This document shows, piece by piece, positions 26,319 through 34,463 of a stretch of DNA of 34,463 nt; position 1 is the stretch's first letter, and each line of letters opens with the position of its first letter. The notes under the pieces are model-generated. The model saw nothing but the letters and a program-made list of their open reading frames with translations. It did not search any database and was not told the origin of the DNA. A program made the translations under genes and the position numbers. Source of the DNA: Collinsella sp. (GTDB taxonomy: Bacteria; Actinomycetota; Coriobacteriia; Coriobacteriales; Coriobacteriaceae). The stretch covers positions 1 through 34,463 of the forward strand of contig JAXKFZ010000003.1 of NCBI GenBank assembly GCA_036550635.1, read 5' to 3'.

Positions 26319-26353
26319 ACCACCACAAAGGCGCCTGTTCCCTTTGTGGTGGT
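26319..26353 (-). repeat. 35-bp hairpin repeat R4, loop inverted relative to R1-R3
   Basis: Loop GCGCCTGTTCC is the reverse complement of GGAACAGGCGC. Confidence 0.9.
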
Positions 26354-26360
26354 TTTCGAC

Positions 26361-26391
26361 AAAAAGAAGCCGCCCCATTAACAGAGGCGGC
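26361..26391 (-). terminator. Probable terminator downstream of the hydratase gene
   Basis: GCCGCCCC-N7-GAGGCGGC stem followed on the minus strand by TTCTTTTT. Confidence 0.6.
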
Positions 26392-26453
26392 ATCAAGCAA
26401 GTCTATTTATTGGCGTCCCTCAAGACCCAACGAGAACGCAGAAATGTAGCCCA

Positions 26454-26517
26454 GGGCTTACCCTTTCCCGAACGCGACCCTCGCGAAGCGCGTGAGCGGG
26501 CGGGAAAGGGTAAGCCC
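26454..26517. repeat. REP-like stem-loop with perfect 17-bp arms
   Basis: GGGCTTACCCTTTCCCG / CGGGAAAGGGTAAGCCC enclosing a 30-nt loop that contains GCGAAGC. Confidence 0.7.
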
Positions 26518-26537
26518 CGGGCGGACAATTAAGTGCG

Positions 26538-28838
26538 TTACTCGGCAGCGGCCTTGAACTTGTTGTAGTTGATCAGGCAGCCGGCCTTGACGATGGCACG
26601 CTCCTCTGCCGTCATATCGGCAATGTAGAGCTCAATCTGCTCAACCGCACCGTCGGCACGCACCACGTAGGCAGCGATGTTCTTCAGGTCGCCATCGAGC
26701 GCGGCACGGATACCCGGCACAAAGACGTAGTCGCCCACCTCAAAGTTGGGCTCCGCCTCCATCTGGAAGGGCACCATGCCCCAGTTCATCACGTTGGAGC
26801 GATAGCGCTTGGTGGCGTACTCGTGGACGATGTTGGCCAGGCCGCCAATCACGCGCTGGCAGCTCGCGGCCTGCTCGCGGGCGGAACCGTCGCCGGGCTT
26901 CTTGGCATAGAGCATAGAGCCGTACTCGGTCGCCTTGGCATCGGCCGTGACACCCGCGCCGGCCAGTGCCTCAAACACGCTGGCAAGCTCAGCATCGAGT
27001 GCCGTCAGGTCGCCCGCGGCCTCGCCGGCAACGCGGCGCTTCTCCACGGCGTCGACCTCCTTGGAGCGGCCCACGTAGGCCGGGTCGCGGCGGCTGAGCG
27101 TAAACTCGGCCAGGCCCAGCGGGTTGGAGCGGAAGGAGCTCGTCTCGCCCGAGGGAATGAGCTCGTCGGTCGTGGTGACCGGGTCCATGATCTTGGAGCA
27201 CACCTTGAGCAGGATGTCGTCGCCGAGAGGCTCCATCGCGGGCCACGGCTTGATGTTGGGGCCCTCGACCAGCTCGTCGGCAGGCTCCGCCTTGCCAAAG
27301 CCCCAGTACACGCGCTTTTTGTACGGCGCGTCGTCAAAGGTGTACTCGCAGGCCTCGTCCCAAGTCTCCTCGGGCAGGTCGGTCGCCGGCGTCAGGACGC
27401 CGCCGTTGGCAGCCGTCGCCGCAATGGAACGGGCGTCCATCAGGGCCACGGCGCTCAGCTGGCCATTACCCGGCTTGGAACCCTCGCGGTTGGGGAAGTT
27501 GCGCGTGGTGTGGCGGATCGAAAGGCCATTGTTGGCGGGCGTGTCGCCGGCGCCGAAGCACGGGCCGCAGAACGCCGTGCGCACAATCGCGCCGGCCTCC
27601 ATAAGGTCGTAGATGTAGCCGCGGCGTGTAAGCTCGAGTGCCACGGGCTGGCTCGTGGGATAGACCGACAGCGAGAACTCGCCGCAGCCGGTGTTGGCGC
27701 CCTTGAGCACGCGGGCAGCCTGGACCACGGAGTCGTAGTTGCCGCCCGAACAGCCGGCGATAACGCCCTGCTGCACGTGCAGCTTGCCGTCGACGATCTT
27801 GTCGAGCAGGCTAAAGTGCGTCTTGCCCTCGCCGATCTTGGCGGCCTCGAGCTCCACCTCGTGCAGGATGTCCTCGAGGTTCTCGTTGAGCTCGTCGATC
27901 TCAAAGCCGTTGGAAGGATGGAACGGCAGCGCGATCATGGGCTTGATGCTCGACAGGTCGACCTCGACACAGCCGTCGTAGTAGGCAACATCGGCGGGCT
28001 TGAGCTCGCGGTAGTCGTCGCCGCGGCCGTGCATGGTCAAAAACGCGTGCGTGTCCTCGTCGGTGGCCCAGATGCTCGACAGGCAGGTGGTCTCGGTGGT
28101 CATGACATCGACGCCATTGCGGTAGTCGGTCGTCATGCTCGCGATGCCGGGGCCCACAAACTCCATGACCTTGTTCTTAACGTAGCCCTTGGCAAAGACG
28201 GCGCGGATGATGGCGAGCGCCACGTCGTGCGGGCCAACGCCGGGGCGCGGGGCGCCCGTGAGGTAGATGGCAACGACGCCGGGATAGGCGACATCGTAGG
28301 TGTCGCGCAGCAGCTGCTTTGCCAGCTCGCCACCGCCCTCGCCCACGGCCATGGTGCCCAGAGCGCCGTAGCGGGTGTGCGAGTCGGAGCCCAGGATCAT
28401 CTTGCCACAGCCGGCGAAATTCTCACGCATAAAGGAGTGGATGACGGCGATGTGCGGCGGGACGAAGATGCCGCCGTACTTCTTGGCAGCCGAGAGACCA
28501 AAGACGTGGTCGTCCTCGTTGATGGTGCCGCCCACGGCGCACAGCGAGTTGTGGCAGTTGGTGAGCACGTAGGGCAGCGGGAACTGCTCCATGCCCGAGG
28601 CGCGCGCCGTCTGGATGATGCCGACAAAGGTGATGTCGTGGCTCGCCATGGCGTCGAAGCGAATCTTGAGCGCCTCGGGATCTCCGGACGTATTGTGTGC
28701 CTGGAGGATCGAATACGCGATGGTGCCGCGCTTGGCATCCTCGGGCGTCTGCGTAATACCGCGCTCGGCAGCCTCGGCCTCAGGCACAACCTCGCTGCCA
28801 CCGCGCAGGTAGATGCCGTCCTCGTACAGCTTAACCAT
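26538..28838 (-). CDS. ybhJ: Aconitase-family hydratase, YbhJ-like
   Basis: [63 protein letters not shown] and swivel-domain TTTDELIP motifs; probable start MVKLYEDG. Confidence 0.85.
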   Translation of the reverse strand: MVKLYEDGIYLRGGSEVVPEAEAAERGITQTPEDAKRGTIAYSILQAHNTSGDPEALKIRFDAMASHDITFVGIIQTARASGMEQFPLPYVLTNCHNSLCAVGGTINEDDHVFGLSAAKKYGGIFVPPHIAVIHSFMRENFAGCGKMILGSDSHTRYGALGTMAVGEGGGELAKQLLRDTYDVAYPGVVAIYLTGAPRPGVGPHDVALAIIRAVFAKGYVKNKVMEFVGPGIASMTTDYRNGVDVMTTETTCLSSIWATDEDTHAFLTMHGRGDDYRELKPADVAYYDGCVEVDLSSIKPMIALPFHPSNGFEIDELNENLEDILHEVELEAAKIGEGKTHFSLLDKIVDGKLHVQQGVIAGCSGGNYDSVVQAARVLKGANTGCGEFSLSVYPTSQPVALELTRRGYIYDLMEAGAIVRTAFCGPCFGAGDTPANNGLSIRHTTRNFPNREGSKPGNGQLSAVALMDARSIAATAANGGVLTPATDLPEETWDEACEYTFDDAPYKKRVYWGFGKAEPADELVEGPNIKPWPAMEPLGDDILLKVCSKIMDPVTTTDELIPSGETSSFRSNPLGLAEFTLSRRDPAYVGRSKEVDAVEKRRVAGEAAGDLTALDAELASVFEALAGAGVTADAKATEYGSMLYAKKPGDGSAREQAASCQRVIGGLANIVHEYATKRYRSNVMNWGMVPFQMEAEPNFEVGDYVFVPGIRAALDGDLKNIAAYVVRADGAVEQIELYIADMTAEERAIVKAGCLINYNKFKAAAE

Positions 28839-29010
28839 ACTGTCTCCCACTCTGCCCGAAAGGCTCGGGCGCATAGCATACATTCGTTCAATATCGTGCC
28901 ATAGAACGGTTGCGAGTGGGTTGCGAATCTACACGTTCACTTTATCTCGGTAAAGTAAAGGATGAACCCGGCGAGGGCCGGCAGATTTAGTGCAAGAGTG
29001 TCCCTTTCGA

Positions 29011-29090
29011 CTAGTCATTTAAGAACGTCCCCAATGACTAGACGAGGGATGTCCCACAGTGCCGGCACAAAAGGAACGTCCCCAAGTGCC
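29011..29090 (-). repeat. Two short hairpins with a GGGGACGTTC loop (REP-like)
   Basis: CTAGTCATT-taagaacgtcccc-AATGACTAG (29011-29041) and GGCAC-aaaaggaacgtccccaa-GTGCC (29064-29090). Confidence 0.6.
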
Positions 29091-29157
29091 AACCAAAGCA
29101 ACGCCGCAGGTTGAGGACGGACAGCGAGCGGACCGCATTTGAGGCAAGGTGACGTGA

Positions 29158-29191
29158 AACGAAAGGGCGCTGACCTTCTGGTCGCGCCCTT
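29158..29191 (-). terminator. Probable terminator of the dnaK-hspR operon
   Basis: AAGGGCGC(T)GACC-TTCT-GGTCGCGCCCTT stem ending in TTTCGTTT on the minus strand. Confidence 0.6.
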
Positions 29192-29267
29192 GAAGTTGAA
29201 CGTCAGATTGTCCAAATGCGGCCCGCGCAGCGTCGAGCCGTTACGCCGTTCGGCAGAACGGCGGAAC

Positions 29268-29684
29268 CTACAGATCTCCTCCGGCACCCAGCAGCTTGCG
29301 CATGACCTGCTCGGGGTTGACTGAGCCGTCGCGCGGGGCCAGGGCGGTGATCTTCTTCTGCATCTTGTACTCGTGGAGCTCTTCCTCGAGCTGGCGCACA
29401 CGGGCACGGAGTTTCTCGTTCTCGCGCTCGCGCTCCTCGGCACGCTCCTTCATATCGAGGATACGCACCACGCCGGCAAGGTTGATGCCCTCGTCAGTGA
29501 GCTGGTTGATGAGCTCCAGGCGCTCGATATCGGCACGCGAGTAAAGACGCGTGTTGCCGCCCGAACGCTGGGGGTTCACCAGGCCCTTGGACTCGTAGAC
29601 GCGCAGAGTCTGCGGGTGCATGCCGGTCAGCTCAGCCGCCACGCTGATCATGTACAGCGGTTTGTTCCTATTGTCCTCGGCCAT
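29268..29684 (-). CDS. hspR: Heat-shock repressor HspR (MerR family)
   Basis: YMISVAAELTGMHPQTLRVYE...GINLAGV; last gene of the dnaK operon. Confidence 0.93.
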   Translation of the reverse strand: MAEDNRNKPLYMISVAAELTGMHPQTLRVYESKGLVNPQRSGGNTRLYSRADIERLELINQLTDEGINLAGVVRILDMKERAEERERENEKLRARVRQLEEELHEYKMQKKITALAPRDGSVNPEQVMRKLLGAGGDL

Positions 29685-29838
29685 ACTCACAGACCCCTTC
29701 TTAATCAACCTCATCCCAAAGCGGCTTTCCCAGGCACCCGACCTTGGCCTTCAAACCGTCGCTCGCGTACCCGAGTACGCGTCGCTCCTCTTTCAGGCCA
29801 ATCTCGAGCACCTGGAAAACCCGCCTCGGGCTCCATTT

Positions 29839-30804
29839 TTAATACGTCGCCTTGTAACGGTTGACCTTCTCGCGATAGTCGCGCGTGTCGGCCTCGCGCA
29901 ACTTGGTCATGGCCTCGCGTTCATCGTCGGACAGGTTCGTGGGAACTTGCACCTTGATCTCGACAAGCAACGCGCCCGTGCGGCCGCGATGCTTGACGTC
30001 GGGCGCACCCATCTCCTTAAAGCGGAACTTCTTGCCCGTCTGGGTACCCGCGGGCACCTTCAGACGAACCGTCGCGCCACCGGGCGTGGGCACGTCCACC
30101 GTGCAGCCGAGCGCCGCCTCGTACACCGAGATCGGCACCTCCATGGTCACATCGGCACCCTTGCGCTTAAACAGCGGGTGCTCCTCGACGTGCGTGGTCA
30201 CGACCAGGTCACCGCGCTCGCCGCCGGCGACGCCGTACTCGCCGCGGCGCTTATAGCGCAGCTTGCCGCCATCGACCGCGCCCGCGGGCACCGAGACCGT
30301 AATGGTCTGCTGTTCACCCGTCGAGGGAATGCGGTAGGTGACCTTGTGCGTCACGCCGCGAAACGCATCCTCGGCCGTCACGTCGACGGTCAGCGACAGA
30401 TCGCCGCCCTTGCGCGCGCGGCTGCGGCCCGAGCCGGCACCCGCGGCGCCGGCAGCTCCGGCAAAGCCCGAGCCCCAATCGCTGCCCCAGGCACCGTTGC
30501 CGCTAAAGATGCTGTCGAAGATATCGCCCCAGCCGCTCGCGCCGGCACCGGCACCATAGCCACCGCCGTACGCGCCGCCCGCGCCCGGCATGCCGCCAAA
30601 CATGAGCATCTGGTCGTACTCTTTGCGCTTCTTCTCGTCCGAAAGCGTCTCGTAGGCCTCGCTAATCTCCTTAAACTTGGCCTCGTCGCCGCCGGCATCG
30701 GGGTGATATTTTTGCGCGAGCTTACGGAACGCGCTCTTGATCTCTTTGTCGGAGGCGCTCTTGGATACGCCCAGGATGTCATAAAAGGTTTTGCCTGCAG
30801 CCAT
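29839..30804 (-). CDS. dnaJ: DnaJ class B (CbpA-like) co-chaperone lacking the zinc-finger region
   Basis: J-domain with HPD, G/F-rich linker and C-terminal domain; no CxxCxGxG repeats. Confidence 0.92.
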   Translation of the reverse strand: MAAGKTFYDILGVSKSASDKEIKSAFRKLAQKYHPDAGGDEAKFKEISEAYETLSDEKKRKEYDQMLMFGGMPGAGGAYGGGYGAGAGASGWGDIFDSIFSGNGAWGSDWGSGFAGAAGAAGAGSGRSRARKGGDLSLTVDVTAEDAFRGVTHKVTYRIPSTGEQQTITVSVPAGAVDGGKLRYKRRGEYGVAGGERGDLVVTTHVEEHPLFKRKGADVTMEVPISVYEAALGCTVDVPTPGGATVRLKVPAGTQTGKKFRFKEMGAPDVKHRGRTGALLVEIKVQVPTNLSDDEREAMTKLREADTRDYREKVNRYKATY

Positions 30805-30874
30805 CGTAGCTCCTCTCCTGTTACGTCCGCCGCCCTTGTGGACGACGGCTCATGCTTTCATATGGCACTAGGCC

Positions 30875-30907
30875 AGAAAGGGCCCCGGGTGTTGCCCCGG
30901 GGCCCTT
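30875..30907 (-). terminator. Strong hairpin / internal terminator between grpE and dnaJ
   Basis: AAGGGCCCCGGG / CCCGGGGCCCTT 12-bp stem immediately after the grpE stop codon. Confidence 0.6.
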
Positions 30908-30912
30908 CTCAA

Positions 30913-31755
30913 TTACTCCTCGGTGCTCTCGGCCGTATCGGCCGCAGCATCCTCGGGCGCCGCTTCGGGCTCCGGTGCGGGGCGCTTCTCGCCACCATAG
31001 GTCACCGTCACCATCGCGGAGCGCAGGATGCGATCCGCCATACGATAGCCCTTCTGGTACACGTCGTTGACGGTCTCATCGTACTGCGCGGCGTCCTCGA
31101 CACGTCCCACGGCCTGGTGCTCGAGCGGATCGAACGCCTCGCCCTTGGGGTCGATGGGCTCCACGCCCTCGTGCGCAAACACGTCGAGCAGCTTGGCGTG
31201 CACCGCGTCAACGCCATCGACGAACTGCTTAAAGTCATCGGACAGCTCCTGGCTGCGGGCATGGTCAATGGCGCGCTCGATATCGTCGACCACCGGCAGC
31301 AGCGCGGTGACGAGCTTCTCGGTCGCGCGCTCACGCTCGGCGATGCGCTCGTTGGCGGTGCGGCGACGGAAGTTCTCCCAGTCGGCCTGCAGGCGGGCGG
31401 TGCGCTCGGTGGCGTCCTTCGCCTTGTCCTCGGCGGCCTTCTGAGCCTCTGCCGCAGCATCGAGCTCGCTGCGCACGTCGGCAAGCTCCTTTTGGGCCTG
31501 CTCGAACTTGAGCTTAAAGTCGTTGTCGGCGGCTTCCTCACCGGCACGGATAGCGGCTTCCACCATCTCGTCCTCGGTCATCGTCGCCTCCTTGTTGGAA
31601 TCCTCTACCTGGTTCTCGGCAGCCTCGGCGGCCGCGGCCTCATTGGCCTCGGTATCGTCGACGGCCTCTACGGGAATCTTCACGTCCTTCTCCTCAGAGT
31701 CAACGGGGGCGGCGCCAGCGGCAGCCGCCTCCGTGCGAGCTTTACGGGCGGACAT
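30913..31755 (-). CDS. grpE: Nucleotide exchange factor GrpE
   Basis: RLQADWENFRRR, LLPVVDDIERA, FDPLEHQAV and QKGY..RILRSAMV motifs; long acidic N-terminus. Confidence 0.95.
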   Translation of the reverse strand: MSARKARTEAAAAGAAPVDSEEKDVKIPVEAVDDTEANEAAAAEAAENQVEDSNKEATMTEDEMVEAAIRAGEEAADNDFKLKFEQAQKELADVRSELDAAAEAQKAAEDKAKDATERTARLQADWENFRRRTANERIAERERATEKLVTALLPVVDDIERAIDHARSQELSDDFKQFVDGVDAVHAKLLDVFAHEGVEPIDPKGEAFDPLEHQAVGRVEDAAQYDETVNDVYQKGYRMADRILRSAMVTVTYGGEKRPAPEPEAAPEDAAADTAESTEE

Positions 31756-31757
31756 GA

Positions 31758-33650
<1,893 letters not shown>

Positions 33651-33759
33651 TAGAAATTCCCTCTCTCTTGTGCGTTTGCACCGACTCGGCGGTCTGCCGA
33701 GCGGTGTTTCGGCTTGTCTTTCAGGATGTAGTGTATCCCCTTATGGGCCGGAATATACA

Positions 33760-33786
33760 AAATCTAAGTCAATTCATATAAGATTT
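33760..33786. promoter_or_regulatory. HAIR-like (probable HspR) operator upstream of dnaK
   Basis: AAATCTAAGT-CAATTCA-TATAAGATTT; same arms as the clpB site. Confidence 0.75.
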
Positions 33787-33913
33787 CTTATTGCTGAGAG
33801 TTTAGGTTCTTAAATGCGCAGGTAGATGCGCTGAATGAGTTCTCGGCAAATCTATTGAGATCTATGTAGAGATGGCTGAGGTTTGCGTCCGGGGGTGCCT
33901 GGGGGCCGTCTTG

Positions 33914-34085
33914 CGGAAAGCTCATCCCGGTTTGAGCGTGGATTCCGGGTCGCAGTTTCCGTCTGAAGGCTCAACCGGAAACCGTATCCCGTTTTGAGAG
34001 CTGATACCGGCTCGCATTTTCCGCTAGCGGGCCTAACCGGAAACTGCAACCCGTTTTTCGACAAAATAATGGGATGCGGTTTCCG
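33914..34085. repeat. Second family-C array: three 48-bp palindromic units with a 62-bp period
   Basis: Units at 33914-33961, 33976-34023 and 34038-34085, each CGGAAA...CCCG-N16-...TTTCCG. Confidence 0.8.
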
Positions 34086-34219
34086 CAAGCACGCTCAATC
34101 GCCCTATATTTCAAGTCACCTTTAGCTAACATTTACGCAGCTCAACGGCCCCACCTGCGCGTTTTTTAGTAAACCTTGGCATACTCGGCGAACGGTATGA
34201 AGATGCCGGCCAGAGGGTA

Positions 34220-34247
34220 TTGCAAACGGTCGCTCCCGTGGTATGTT
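34220..34247 (+). promoter_or_regulatory. Candidate sigma-70 promoter for the ferredoxin gene
   Basis: TTGCAA-N16-TATGTT with an extended -10 TG. Confidence 0.5.
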
Positions 34248-34308
34248 TTTGCCCGAATCAAACCGGCGCGCATCGCCTGTAGCGTCGGTCAACAGAGAGG
34301 AAACTACC

Positions 34309-34463
34309 ATGGCTCATCCCGTAATTGATGCCGACGAGTGCATCGCTTGTGGCGTTTGCGTCGACTCCTGCCCCGCTGGCGTTCTGGAGCTCCAGGACGT
34401 CGCTACCGTCGCTGACGAGGACTCCTGCGTCGCCTGTGGCGCTTGCCAGGACGCTTGCCCCGC
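34309..34463 (+). CDS. 2x[4Fe-4S] ferredoxin (runs off the window end; absent from the ORF track)
   Basis: MAHPVIDADECIACGVCVDSCPAGVLELQDVATVADEDSCVACGACQDACP; two CxxCxxCxxxCP motifs; GAGAGGAAA RBS. Confidence 0.92.
   Translation, partial: MAHPVIDADECIACGVCVDSCPAGVLELQDVATVADEDSCVACGACQDACP

Noticed and set aside
24447..26353. Classical integron or CRISPR array
   Set aside because: There is no intI and no attC core motifs, the ORFs are divergent, and the spacing of about 800 bp is far too long for CRISPR spacers.

Overview
GC-rich actinobacterial chromosome segment; gene content and the dnaK-grpE-dnaJ-hspR operon suggest Coriobacteriia, probably Collinsella-like (inference). From left to right: (1) the 3' end of an IS3-family element; (2) a decaying sugar-utilisation island (xylose-isomerase-like TIM barrel, PTS EIIBC, DeoR, Rpe/AlsE-like epimerase, RpiB) in which two genes each carry one in-frame TAG; (3) an integrase-less EcoRII/Dcm-like (CCWGG-type) restriction-modification cassette at tRNA-Arg(CCT), bounded by nested direct repeats that include an inverted copy of the tRNA 3' half; (4) a mannose-family PTS operon with manO; (5) a 925-aa Fe-S/flavin oxidoreductase plus orphan hypA, divergent from TetR plus a DUF5692-like membrane protein; (6) a membrane-anchored hypothetical, an AAA_14/DUF4143-type ATPase and clpB; (7) a 2-kb block in which two unrelated ~222-aa membrane-anchored orphan genes are each bracketed by 35-bp hairpin repeats inside paired palindrome modules, resembling a cassette array; (8) a YbhJ-like aconitase-family hydratase, the dnaK operon and a ferredoxin cut off by the window end. 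The intergenic DNA holds at least four families of palindromic repeats with fixed geometry and variable spacers, and no cognate mobilising enzyme is encoded in the window. All family assignments come from motif recognition by eye; no database searches were run.
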